DNA of 64,000 nucleotides from an uncultured Chloroflexia bacterium (GCA_963813305.1 CAWEYP010000019.1:130727-194726), one strand, 5' to 3'; shown: positions 20,733 to 30,661, numbered from the stretch's first letter. The notes: generated by a model not told the origin, from the sequence alone. Program-made: numbers and translations.

Positions 20733-21591
20733 GGAGCACGACGCCCTCGCGGGCGATCCGCTCGGCGAGCGCCGGCCGAACCTCGCCGGCGGCCACGACG
20801 TCGACGTCGCGCTCGAACAGCGTCTCCGCGTCGGCGGCGAGCGCGGCGCGCTGGCGCAGGCCGAGCCGATGGCCGGGGATCGGCTCGACGAGGAGGTCGA
20901 GGTCGGAATCCGGCCGGAAGTCGGCCCGGGTGGCCGAGCCGAACGCGACCACGCGCCGGAGGCCGTGGCGCCGGACCAGGGCACGCAGCCGCCGGTCGCT
21001 GGGGACCGCGATGCCGTCGTGGAGGCGCCGCAGGAGCGGCGCGTTCTCGTCGCCGTGCCGGGTCCGGTCGGGGAACGAGCGGTCCACGGATCCCGCCAGG
21101 ACGCGCATCCGCAGGGCGCGGTCGCGCGGCGCCCGGTCGTCGAGCAGGCGGTTGCGCAGGGCGGACTTGTCGAGGAGCTCGACGCGGAACGCCGGGTGGA
21201 GGGAAGCGATGTCGGCGAGGGTGCGCCGCAGGAGCGCCTCGTCCGCCGGCTCGGCGTAGCGCCGGATCACCAGGACGGCGCCCTGCCGGTCGGTCCCGGC
21301 GAACTCCACGGTCCGGTTGGCACGGGCCACGACGGCCAGCGCCTCGATCGGCTCGACCATCGCGAGCGCGAACTGGACGGCCGCCCGTGCGCGTGCATCC
21401 GCCAACGGTGCGAACCGGCGGTCCCTGCGCTCGATGAGCCCGTCGTCCTCGAGCACGCGAAGGGCCCGCTCGGCGCTCGAGAACGGGATCCCGAGCATCG
21501 TCGCCACCTCGCCGGGCCGCAGGCCCTCCGGTCGCTGCGAGAGCGCGAAGAGGGCTCGCAGGCCATGTTCGGACGCGACGAGACGGCTCAT
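20716..21591 (-). CDS. MntA-like minimal nucleotidyltransferase antitoxin with N-terminal wHTH and extra middle domain (291 aa)
   Basis: C-terminal FGSATRADFRPDSDLDLLVE (GSx10DxD) and DVDV. N-terminal LRPGEVATMLGIPFSSAERALRVLEDDGLI (HTH). Confidence 0.88.
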   Translation of the reverse strand: MSRLVASEHGLRALFALSQRPEGLRPGEVATMLGIPFSSAERALRVLEDDGLIERRDRRFAPLADARARAAVQFALAMVEPIEALAVVARANRTVEFAGTDRQGAVLVIRRYAEPADEALLRRTLADIASLHPAFRVELLDKSALRNRLLDDRAPRDRALRMRVLAGSVDRSFPDRTRHGDENAPLLRRLHDGIAVPSDRRLRALVRRHGLRRVVAFGSATRADFRPDSDLDLLVEPIPGHRLGLRQRAALAADAETLFERDVDVVAAGEVRPALAERIAREGVVLHGPAA

Positions 21592-21626
21592 GGACGGATA
21601 ATGACGCTGACAGCGTGATCTGTCAA
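21592..21626 (-). promoter_or_regulatory. Sigma70-type promoter for a leaderless MNT-HEPN mRNA with overlapping palindromic operator
   Basis: TTGACA (21626-21621)-N17-CATTAT (21603-21598)-N6-ATG. Inverted repeats TGACAG-N6-CTGTCA (21608-21625) and ACGCTG-A-CAGCGT (21604-21616). Confidence 0.7.
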
Positions 21627-21733
21627 CGCATCCGCCGTGCCCACGGGATCGAGCGTGCCTTCATGTACGACGCGGATCTCGCCATCGCGGGCCTCGCGCC
21701 GGTTCACGCGGGGATCCTGAGGACGGGCGGGGA

Positions 21734-23224
21734 TCAGTCGCCGGCATAGAGGCGCTCCACGTCGACGAGCACCACGTCGGAACGGCGGGTCGCCTCATCC
21801 CGCAGGTCCGCGGTGAAGCCGCCGGCCGCGAAGACCGCAAGGCGAGTCCGTTCCACGCGCGCCCGACCCGCGAGCAGCTCCCTCGCCCGCTCGAGTCGGT
21901 GCAGGTCCGCCATGCCGCGCGGGTCCGGCCCGCTCTTCGCCTCGCCGATCAGGAGGAGCGTCGGGTTCACGCCGACCTCGTCGTCGGACCGGGCCTCGAG
22001 CGCGACCACATCGATCTCCACCCGGGAGCGACCGGCGCTGTCGTTGACGACGGTGGAACCGACGCGGGCCGCGATTCCGCCCAGCGTCTCCGCGGAGGCG
22101 TACCGCGAGGTCCAGGCTCGCGCGATTTCCTCGAAGGCTGGTCCCGCGACCCCGGACTCGAAGCGCGCCGTGGCGTCCGACCACGCCGCCAGCGTCTGGC
22201 GCGACTCGAACCGATGGAGCGTCCGGGCGGATGACGGCATGCTGGAAGCGGAGCATGGCGTCCGTGATCCGCAGCGTGGGCCGGCGCGAGCGGAAGACGT
22301 CGTCTGCCCGCTCGATGAAGCGCGCCCGTTCGAGGCCGTCGATGACGTGGGTGACGGATGTCTCCGGCCGACCGAGCGCTCCGGCCACCGCGCCGGACGT
22401 CGTTCGGCCTGCAGCGATCGCCGCGAGGGCCGACTGGTAGATCGCGCGGTCCGTGAGGCTGGGCTCCTCGGCCAGCAGATAGTCCGTCTCACGGAACATC
22501 GCGTGCGACGGATTGAGGACCCCTCTCGCCAGCCAGGCCGGGAAGGCGGCGACCGAGGTGGGCGGACCCATCTCGAGAAGGTCCCGGTAGCCGGGTGTGC
22601 CGCCGACGACACAGAACAGGAGGAACGCGAGCTTCGAATCTCCCTGGACCCCCCAGAAGGCTGCCGCCTCCCGGTAGTCGAAAGGGTCGACGACAAGGTC
22701 GAGGACTGCACGCCCCCGAAGCGCCCGTTGCCCGGAGAGCAGTCCAGCCATCACCGACATCGCCGAGCCGCACAGGATCAGGCGCAGGGGCAGCTGCCGC
22801 CCCAGCCGCGAGGCGTCATACGCGAGCTGGATCGCGGACGCGATCTCGGGCGACTTCGCGAGCAGGTACGGGTACTCATCGATCACCACGAAGCGCGGAG
22901 ATGGGGTTGCGGCGGCTGCCGGCCCAGGGTCCGCAGGAGGGCGGACCAGTCCGGGAAGGAGAGGGAGCCGCCCGGCAGGCCCCGGTCAGCCGCCATCGCC
23001 GCCCCGAGCCGCTCGAGGGCCGGGGCTCGCTCTTCCTCGAGGGCCTGGTAGTAGAAGCCGCCGACCTGGCGGGCGACCTCGTCGAGGATGAAGCTCTTCC
23101 CCTGGCGGCGACGCCCGGAGACCACCCCGATCCGGAATGACGTGGTCGGCTCGGTGGCGAAGCGGACAAGGTCGTCCCATTCCGTCGCGCGGTCGAAGAG
23201 GGCGGCAGGTCGCTCAGTGGCCAT
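21734..23224 (-). CDS. Archaeal-type AAA ATPase (ATPase_2/DUF234-like) with wHTH and C-terminal PD-(D/E)xK nuclease-like domain (two indels)
   Basis: Walker A GRRRQGKS, Walker B VIDEYPYL, GGTPGY and EIDVV...LIGEAKS. Assembled from ORFs 22883..23224, 21795..22889 and 21734..22711. Confidence 0.85.
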
Positions 23225-23266
23225 GACCGAGATATACGACCAGAGTGCTAAGAAGTCAAGTCGTAT
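23225..23266 (-). promoter_or_regulatory. Promoter/operator of the ATPase gene
   Basis: AT-rich gap with TTGACT-N17-TATATC-N6-ATG (imperfect -10) and an ATACGAC-N19-GTCGTAT inverted repeat (23234-23266). Confidence 0.5.
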
Positions 23267-24501
23267 CTATGCCCGTAGGGACGGCGGCTCGCCCGGCGTT
23301 CCGATTGTCGCCGGGCGACCGGGCTCGCCCGGCACGACGTCGTCGAGGGGCACGTCCACCGGTCCCGGGGCGGCCAGGACGGCGGCGAGCTGGGGCGGGA
23401 TCGGGTCGACCGAGTCCCAGTCGACCGGCAGCCGGACCCGGATCGCATCGGGGTCGATGGAGGCCGCGCGGGCGCCGTTGGCGGGGTCGACCGACCACTC
23501 CATGGCCACGGCGCCCGACGTGAAGCCGGCCCCGAAGGCGACGAAGACGATCCGGTCGCCGACCTTGATCCGGCCGCTGTCGACGGCCTCGGCCAGGGCC
23601 AGCGGGACCGACGCGGCCGAGGTGTTCCCGTAGCGGTCGACGTTGACGAAGATCTTCTCCATCGGGAAGTCGAGGCCCTTGGCGACGGCCTCGATGATCC
23701 GGATGTTCGCCTGGTGCGGGATGACCAGGTCGATGTCGTCGGGGTGGAGGCCGGCCCGCTCGATGGCCGCCAGCGCGGAGGAGGCCAGCGTCTTCGTCGC
23801 GAAGCGGTAGGTCTCCTTGCCCTCCATCCGGATGAAGTGCTCGCCGCGGGCCACCGTCTCCGCCGACGAGGGGCTCTTCGAGCCGCCGGCCGGCAGCCAG
23901 ATCATGTAGGCGCCCTGGGGGTCGGTCGTCAGCTCGATCCCGTGCGGCCCGGTCGGCTCGTCGGAGGCCGAGACGACCACCGCCCCGGCGCCGTCGCCGA
24001 ACAGGATGCACGTGCCCCGGTCGGTGTAGTCGAGGAAGCGGGTCAGGAGCTCGGCGCCGATGACCAGCACGTGGCGGGCCATGCCCGAGGTCACGTAGGC
24101 GTGGGCGGTAGCGTAGGCGTAGACGAACCCGGAACAGGCCGCGGCGACGTCCATGGCCGCCGCCCGCGTGTTCCCGATCGCCTCCTTGACGAGCGCCGCG
24201 GTGGACGGCATCCAGTAGTCCGGCGTGAGCGTCGCGACGAGGATCAGGTCGATCTCGTCCGGCTCGATCCCCGCGACGGCGATCGCCCGCGCCCCGGCCA
24301 CCGCCGCCATCGAGGCGGTGGTCTCGTGGGCGGCCGCCACGTGCCGCTCGCGGATCCCGGTGCGGGTCACGATCCACTCGTCGTTGGTGTCCACCATCCG
24401 CTCGAGATCGGCGTTCGTGAGGACGGCGGCGGGGGCGTAGTTGCCCCAGCCGCTGATGCGGGCCCAGCGCCCCGCGGGGGGCGTGCGGAGGGGACGGTCA
24501 C
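23267..24501 (-). CDS. fabH: Beta-ketoacyl-ACP synthase III (indel near 24480)
   Basis: VLTNADLERMVDTNDEWIVTRTGIRER, AACSGF, ILFGDGAGA, PHQANIRII and YGNTSAAS. Confidence 0.95.
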
Positions 24502-25112
24502 AGTGGCTCCACCTCGATGAGCGGGTGCTTCGCCTTGACCAGGGTGCCGTTCTCCGCCACGACGCGGACGACCCGGCCCGGACTTGTCGGACTTGATCTC
24601 GTTGAAGAGCTTCATGGCCTCGATGAGCCCGATCACCTGGCCGGCGACCACCTCGCGCCCGACGGCGACGAAGGGCGGCGACCCGGGGCTGGGCGAGGCG
24701 TAGAAGATCCCGGTCAGCGGGGCCAGCACCGCCGTTCGCGCGGAGCTCGCCGCCTCGCCCGCCGCGGTCGCGGCCGCAGCCGCCGTCCCGGCGGCCGGGG
24801 CGGCTCCAGCGGGATCGGCGGCGGCCGGCGGGGCCCCCGGGCCCGCGGCCGGCGGGAGCGCGCCCAGCGCGGCGGCCTTGCGGAGGACGATCCCCGTGCC
24901 GCCGGCCTCGACCTCCAGCTCGAGGAGGTCGCTCCGCTCGAGGAGGCCCGCGAGGCGGTCCACGAGGGCGAGCAGCGAGGCGTCGGCCGCGGGGAGGGAC
25001 GCCGCGACGGCGCGGGAGGGGCTGGTCGGCGGCGAGGGCCAGGTCGCGGTGCCTCCGCCGCGGGCGCGCCGGGCGCTTCGATGCCGGGATCGCGGGCGAG
25101 GTCGTCGGTCAT
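24498..25112 (-). CDS. accB: Biotin carboxyl carrier protein (indels near 25030 and 24580)
   Basis: APLTGIFYASPSPGSPPFV...GLIEAMKLFNEI, with the biotinylated Lys and thumb loop present. Confidence 0.92.
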
Positions 25113-26377
25113 TCGTCCCACCGGGTGAAGACGAGGGCGCTGTTCTGGCCCCCGAAGCCGAACGAGCTGCTCACGGCGACCCGGATCGGTCGCTCGCGGG
25201 CGACGTTGGGGGTCAGGTCCAGCCCGGCGGCGGCGTCGTCCGGGTCGTCCAGGTTGATCGTCGGCGGGATGATGCCGTGGCGCAGGCTCAGGATCGTGGC
25301 CGCCGCCTCGATCGAGCCGGCCGCGCCCAGGGTGTGGCCCAGCATGCTCTTGTTGGCGGTCACGCTGACCTCGCCGGCGCGGGCGCCGAAGAGCCCGCGC
25401 AGCATCTCCAGCTCGGTGCGGTCGCCCTCCGGGGTCGACGTGGCGTGGGCGTTCACGTGCTCCACGTCGTCGAGGGGGATCCCGGCCTTCTCCAGCGCGC
25501 GCCGGATCGCCCGGATCGCCCCGATCCCGCCGGGCGCCGGGAGCGTGATGTGGTTGGCGTCCGCCGAGGCCCCGTAGCCCACCAGCTCGGCCAGCACGAC
25601 CGCGCCGCGAGCCCGCGCGTGCTCGAGGTCCTCCAGGATCACGACGCCGGCTCCCTCGCCGATGACGAAGCCGTCGCGGCCCCGGTCGAAGGGTCGCGAG
25701 GCGGCGGCCGGGTCGTCGTTGCGGGTGGAGAGGGCGCGCATCGCGGCGAAGCCGCCGACGAGCGCCTCGGTGATGCCCGCCTCGGACGAGCCCGCGATCA
25801 TCATGTCGGCGTCGCCGCGGCGGATGATCTCCCAGGCCTCGCCCAGGGCGTGGCCGCCGGTGGCGCAGGCCGAGGAGACCGCGAAGTTCGGCCCGAGCGC
25901 CCCGAAGACGATGGCGGCCTGGCCGGCCGCCAGGTTCGGGATCGCCATCGGGATGAAGAACGGGCTGATCCGGTCCGGGCCCCGCTGGATGTCGATCGTC
26001 ACCTGCTCGGCGAACGTCGTGCCGCCCCCGATCCCCGTCCCGAGGAGGATCCCCGTGCGCTCCGCGAGCTCGCCGTCGAGCCGCTCGGGAAGGCCCGCCT
26101 GGGCCATCGCCTCGTGGGTCGCGACCAGGGCGAGCTGGGTGTAGCGGTCGTTGCGGCGCTGCTCCTTGCGGTCGAGGACGACGGACGGATCGAAGTCCGG
26201 CACCTCGCCCCCGATCTGCGAGGCGACGCGGGCCGGGTCGAAGGCGGTGATCCGCCGGATCCCCGAGCGCCCGGCGACCAGCCCGTCCCAGGTCGAGGCG
26301 ACATCCACCCCGAGGGCGGTCACGAGGCCCAGCCCGGTGACGACGACCCGCCGGTCGGCGCCGCCCCCGCCGGTCAT
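25109..26377 (-). CDS. fabF: Beta-ketoacyl-ACP synthase II
   Basis: RVVVTGLG, SSACATG, NAHATST, KSMLGHTLGAAG and SFGFGGQN. Confidence 0.95.
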   Translation of the reverse strand: MTGGGGADRRVVVTGLGLVTALGVDVASTWDGLVAGRSGIRRITAFDPARVASQIGGEVPDFDPSVVLDRKEQRRNDRYTQLALVATHEAMAQAGLPERLDGELAERTGILLGTGIGGGTTFAEQVTIDIQRGPDRISPFFIPMAIPNLAAGQAAIVFGALGPNFAVSSACATGGHALGEAWEIIRRGDADMMIAGSSEAGITEALVGGFAAMRALSTRNDDPAAASRPFDRGRDGFVIGEGAGVVILEDLEHARARGAVVLAELVGYGASADANHITLPAPGGIGAIRAIRRALEKAGIPLDDVEHVNAHATSTPEGDRTELEMLRGLFGARAGEVSVTANKSMLGHTLGAAGSIEAAATILSLRHGIIPPTINLDDPDDAAAGLDLTPNVARERPIRVAVSSSFGFGGQNSALVFTRWDE

Positions 26378-27120
26378 CGAACGAGCTTCCCCGTCCTGAT
26401 CGTCGCCGCGCGATAGACGTCGCCGGGGAGCCCGCGGTCGGCGACCGCGTCGGCGGCCGCCAGGGCGTCGAACTCGGTCCGCTTGATCTCGGCGGTCACG
26501 CTGCCGTCCACGACGTCGATCAGCGCCCACGAGGCGGTCGCGTCGCCGTCGAAGACGTAGCCCGCGCTGCCGCTGTTGACGATCATCTTCCAGCCGAAGT
26601 CGCGGACCTCCGGGACGTGGGTGTGGCCGCAGCAGATCACCCGCGCATCGGTCCGCCCCAGGCGATCCACGATGACGCTCTCGTCGAGGCCGCGGTCGAA
26701 GCCGGCGGTCTGCGACCCGGGCGACGCGTGGGTCACCAGCACCAGCGTGCCGTCGTCGCAGCGGACCCGCCGCTCGGCCGGGAGGCGGCGCAGCCAGTCG
26801 ACCCGCTCCGGGCCGAGGGCGTCGTGGGCCCACTCGGCGGCCGCCTTGAACGACTCGGGCACGCCGTCGCCGAGCCACGGGAACGCCGCCCCGTAGTCGA
26901 AGTCGGCCACCGCGATGTCGGTGTTGCCCTGGACCACGAGGGCGCCGGCCGCCTCGAGCTCGCGGATCCCGTCGACCGTCGCTGCCGGGTCGCCGCCGTT
27001 GAAGGCCAGGTCGCCGGCGATGGCGATCACGTCCGGGGACGCGGCGGCCACGGCCTCGCGCACGGCGGCCAGGGCCTGGGCCACCCCGTGGACGTCGGAG
27101 AAGAGCGCGATCCGGGTCAT
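26374..27120 (-). CDS. Calcineurin-like metallophosphoesterase, YfcE-like
   Basis: SDVHG, GDL, GNTD, THAS and GHTH motifs. Confidence 0.9.
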   Translation of the reverse strand: MTRIALFSDVHGVAQALAAVREAVAAASPDVIAIAGDLAFNGGDPAATVDGIRELEAAGALVVQGNTDIAVADFDYGAAFPWLGDGVPESFKAAAEWAHDALGPERVDWLRRLPAERRVRCDDGTLVLVTHASPGSQTAGFDRGLDESVIVDRLGRTDARVICCGHTHVPEVRDFGWKMIVNSGSAGYVFDGDATASWALIDVVDGSVTAEIKRTEFDALAAADAVADRGLPGDVYRAATIRTGKLVR

Positions 27121-27575
27121 CAGCGAAGGACGGAGGCGTCGGGGATGATGAACGACAGGGTCGCCTCGCAGCAGACCTCGCCGTCGACGCTGGCGACGCC
27201 CCTGCCGCGCCCGAACCGCTTGCCGAGCTTCTCCATCGTGACCTCGAGGCGGATCACGTCACCGGGCTTGACGACGCGCTTGAAGCGGCAGTCGTCGACC
27301 CCGGCGAAGAGCCCGATCCGGTCCCCGAAGCCCTCCTGCTTGGCCACGAAGACGCCCATCGTCTGGGCCAGCGCCTCCACCTGCAGGACGCCCGGCATGA
27401 CCGGCATGCCCGGGAAGTGGCCCTGGAAGTACCACTCGGTGGCGGTCACGGCCTTGACCCCGACGATGCGCATCGCCTCCTGGTCGTACTCGTCGATCCG
27501 GTCGACGAGCAGGAACGGCCAGCGGTGCGGGAGCAGGTCCTGGATCTCGCGGGTGGTGTGGATGGGCTCGGTCAC
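27120..27575 (-). CDS. fabZ: 3-hydroxyacyl-ACP dehydratase
   Basis: LLPHRWPFLLVD and FQGHFPGMPVMPGVLQVEALAQ. Confidence 0.95.
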   Translation of the reverse strand: MTEPIHTTREIQDLLPHRWPFLLVDRIDEYDQEAMRIVGVKAVTATEWYFQGHFPGMPVMPGVLQVEALAQTMGVFVAKQEGFGDRIGLFAGVDDCRFKRVVKPGDVIRLEVTMEKLGKRFGRGRGVASVDGEVCCEATLSFIIPDASVLR

Positions 27576-27664
27576 GGTGGGCTCCGGTACAGGCGGTCAG
27601 TGTCGCGCGGCGCGGGAGCGCCGAGCGGGTGGATGGGTGCAGGGCTGCACGGGTCGCGGTCGCA

Positions 27665-29029
27665 TCAGGTCCGCGGGGCGAGGAACGCGGCCCCGCCGAC
27701 GCGGTCGATCAGGTTGGTGGTCACCTGCCCGTCGACGAACGCGGCGTTGTCGAGCATGGCACGGTGGAAGGCGCGGTTGGTGATGATGCCGTCGACCACC
27801 AGCTCGTCGAGGGCGGCCCGCCCGCGGGCGATCGCCGCCGCCCGGTCGGGTCCCCAGACGATCAGCTTCCCCAGCAGCGAGTCGTAGTAGGGCGGCACCT
27901 CGTAGCCGGCGTACAGGTGGGAGTCCAGGCGCACGCCGGGTCCGCCCGGGGCGTAGAAGCGCTCCACCGCCCCGGACTGCGGGCGGAAGTCGTGCGCCGC
28001 GTCCTCGGCGTTGATCCGGAACTCGATGGCGTGGCCCCGGAACGTGACGTCCGCCTGGCTGAAGCCCAGCGGCTCGCCGGCCGCGATCCGCAGCTGGGTG
28101 GCGACGAGGTCGATCCCGGTGAGCATCTCCGTCACCGGGTGCTCCACCTGGATCCGGCAGTTGATCTCGATGAAGTAGAAGCTCTGGTCGCGGTCGACCA
28201 GGAACTCCAGGGTGCCGAGGTTCTCGTAGCCGGCCGCCACGACGGCCCGGATGGCGCGCTCGGCGAGCTCCTCGCGGGCGGCCTCGGGGAGCGCCGGCGT
28301 CGGCGCCTCCTCGATGAGCTTCTGGTGCCGGCGCTGGACCGAGCAGTCGCGCTCGCCCAGGTGGACGCCGTGGCCGTAGCGGTCGACGACGACCTGGACC
28401 TCGACGTGGCGGTTGTCCTCCAGCCACTTCTCCAGGTAGAGGGAGTCGTCGCCGAAGGCGGCGCGGGCCTCGGAGCGGCAGACCTGGATCGCCGCCTGCA
28501 GCTCGCGGGCGGTGCGGACCATCCGCATCCCCTTGCCGCCGCCACCCGCCGATGGCTTCAGGAGGACCGGGTAGCCGACCCGCTCGGCCTCGGCGAGGGC
28601 GTGGTCGTCGTCCTGGAGCATCCCCTCGGACCCGGGGATCGTCGGCAGGCCGTGGGACGCGAGGAGTCGGCGGGTCCCCTCCTTCGAGGCGAACCGCTCC
28701 AGCACCTCGGCGGTGGGACCCACGAAGGCGAGCCCGTGGGCCGCGACCGCCTCGGCGAAGCCGGAGTCCTCGGAGAGGAAGCCGTAGCCCGGGTGGATCG
28801 CGTCGCAGCCGGTCACGACCGCGGCCGAGATGATCGCCGACGCCGAGAGGTAGCTCCGCCTGGCATCCGCCGGGCCGATGCAGATCGCCTCGTCCGCCAG
28901 CTGGGCGGCGAGCGAATCGCGGTCGGCCTCGCTGTACGCCAGGACCGCACCGATCCCCAGGGTCCGGCACGCGCGCAGGATGCGCAGCGCGATCTCGCCG
29001 CGGTTGGCGATGAGGACGCGCTCGAACAT
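27665..29029 (-). CDS. accC: Acetyl-CoA carboxylase, biotin carboxylase subunit
   Basis: VLIANRGEIA, HPGYGFLSE, GGGGKGM, RDCSVQRRHQK and NCRIQVEH. Confidence 0.96.
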   Translation of the reverse strand: MFERVLIANRGEIALRILRACRTLGIGAVLAYSEADRDSLAAQLADEAICIGPADARRSYLSASAIISAAVVTGCDAIHPGYGFLSEDSGFAEAVAAHGLAFVGPTAEVLERFASKEGTRRLLASHGLPTIPGSEGMLQDDDHALAEAERVGYPVLLKPSAGGGGKGMRMVRTARELQAAIQVCRSEARAAFGDDSLYLEKWLEDNRHVEVQVVVDRYGHGVHLGERDCSVQRRHQKLIEEAPTPALPEAAREELAERAIRAVVAAGYENLGTLEFLVDRDQSFYFIEINCRIQVEHPVTEMLTGIDLVATQLRIAAGEPLGFSQADVTFRGHAIEFRINAEDAAHDFRPQSGAVERFYAPGGPGVRLDSHLYAGYEVPPYYDSLLGKLIVWGPDRAAAIARGRAALDELVVDGIITNRAFHRAMLDNAAFVDGQVTTNLIDRVGGAAFLAPRT

Positions 29030-29635
29030 CAGCCGCCCTCCCCGTGTGCCGTCGCCGAGGCGCCCAGCAGCTCGATCTCGACGACCTGCTGGCCGTACTC
29101 CACGGGGTCGCCGGGCTCGACGAGCGTGGCCCCGACGAGGCCGTCGGCGGGCGCCACCACCTCCTGCGGGACGCCCAGGACGTCGACCGTCCCGAGGCGA
29201 TCGCCGGCCCGCACGCGGGCGCCGGCCGCGAGGTCGGAGCGCGGCCGGAAGAACCCGACCGCCGGCGACGTCGCCACGGCGCGCGTCGGCGCCTCTTCCG
29301 GGTCGGCTCCCGCCGCCGGTCCCGGCGAGCCGCTGGCGTGGGACCCCGGGCCGTGGGCAGCTCCGCCGGGTCCCGCGTGCCCCAGGGTCGAGGCGTGCGA
29401 CTCGGCGCGGCCCGGCCCCCGGGCCTGGCGTCGTCCGCCGAACGCCGCGGCCGTCGCCGGGCATGCGCAGCCGGACACGCCAGCCTCCCTCGCGCACGTC
29501 GAGCTCGCCGAGCCCGCTCGCGCCGAGCTTCGCGACGAGCGCCGGCAGCAGCTCGTCCGCGAGGCGATCGATGGCGGCATGGTCGGCGCGCCGCTCGTCG
29601 GGCGTGCGCTCGGGCGCGGCGTCGTGATGGGTCAC
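29029..29635 (-). CDS. BCCP-like protein lacking the biotinylation lysine (indel near 29450)
   Basis: BCCP-type N-terminus (LGASGLGELDVREGGWRVRL) and biotinyl-lipoyl domain SPAVGFF...GDRLGTVDVLGVPQEVVAPADG...VEYGQQVVEI. DVLGV replaces EAMKL. Confidence 0.85.
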
Positions 29636-29638
29636 CGA

Positions 29639-30661
29639 TCAGACCTCCTCTCGCGCCGGGGGCTCGTCGCGGCTCTCGCGCCCGTCGCGCGCTCCAAGGC
29701 CGCCAAGCGTCTTGCCGCCAGCTTCGATGGCACGGCGCAGGCGGTCGGCGAGCCCCTGGCGCTCGGCGGCCTCCGGGACCTCCGGGCCGCCCAGGTCGTC
29801 GAACGCCCCGAAGTCGCGGTAGCGACCCAGGCGCGCCGCCAGCAGCTCGTCGACGGGCATCGCGCCCAGCCGGTCCAGCTGCTCGACGATCACGGCCCTG
29901 AGGCGCCGCGCCGTCTCGGCCGGGTCGGTGTGGGCGCCGTCACCCGGCTCGGGGACCACCCGGTCGACCACGCCGAGCTCCAGCTGGTCAGCGGCCGTCA
30001 TTCGCATCGCCAGCGCCGCGTCGGGCGCCTTCTCGCTGGTGCGCCACAGGATCGACGCGCAGCCCTCGGGGCTGATCACGGAGTAGACGGCATTCTCCAG
30101 GGCGACCACGACGTCGCCGGAGGCGATGGCGAGCGCACCGCCCGAGCCGCCCTCGCCGGTGATGAGGGTCACGATGGGAACGCGGATCCGGCACATGACC
30201 ATGATCGCGTTGGCGATCGCGTCGGCGATGCCGCGCTCCTCGGCCTCCGCGCCGGGATAGGCGCCCGGCGTGTCGACGAAGGTGACGACGGGGATGCCGA
30301 AGCGGTCGGCCAGCTCGAACAGGCGGATCGCCTTGCGGAGCCCTTCCGGCTTCGCCATCCCGAAGTTGCGCCGGATGTTCTCGTCGGTGTCGGCGCCCTT
30401 CTGGTGGCCGACGACCACGACCCGCCGGCCGTCGATCCGGCCCAGCCCGCCCACGATCGCCCCGTCGTCGCCGAAGAGACGGTCGCCGTGGAGCTCGGTG
30501 AAGCCGTCGGCGATCCCGGCGACGAGCTCCAGGGTGTGCGGCCGGCGCGCGTTGCGGGCCAGCAGGACGCGGGCCCAGACCGCGTCGCGCGGATCCGCGG
30601 GCGGCCCGGGTGCCGGCGCGGGCTCGCGCTCCTTCGTCCGGCCGAGGAGCCGGTCAACCAC
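29639..30661 (-). CDS. accA: Acetyl-CoA carboxylase carboxyltransferase alpha subunit
   Basis: ELHGDRLFGDD, NFGMAKPEG.RKA, DTPGAYPG, GEGGSGGAL and YSVISPEGCASILW. Confidence 0.96.
   Translation of the reverse strand: MVDRLLGRTKEREPAPAPGPPADPRDAVWARVLLARNARRPHTLELVAGIADGFTELHGDRLFGDDGAIVGGLGRIDGRRVVVVGHQKGADTDENIRRNFGMAKPEGLRKAIRLFELADRFGIPVVTFVDTPGAYPGAEAEERGIADAIANAIMVMCRIRVPIVTLITGEGGSGGALAIASGDVVVALENAVYSVISPEGCASILWRTSEKAPDAALAMRMTAADQLELGVVDRVVPEPGDGAHTDPAETARRLRAVIVEQLDRLGAMPVDELLAARLGRYRDFGAFDDLGGPEVPEAAERQGLADRLRRAIEAGGKTLGGLGARDGRESRDEPPAREEV

Noticed and set aside
20733-20984. N-terminal extension of the HEPN ORF (200-aa call)
   Set aside because: It is an alternate frame overlapping the MNT gene. 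The DUF86-like sequence begins at ATG 20732.
20382-23266. Transposon or prophage call for the insert
   Set aside because: No transposase, integrase, terminal repeats or target duplication are visible.
29029-29635. Calling this a second functional accB
   Set aside because: There is no AMK motif and no Lys in the domain, so it is reported as a finding instead.
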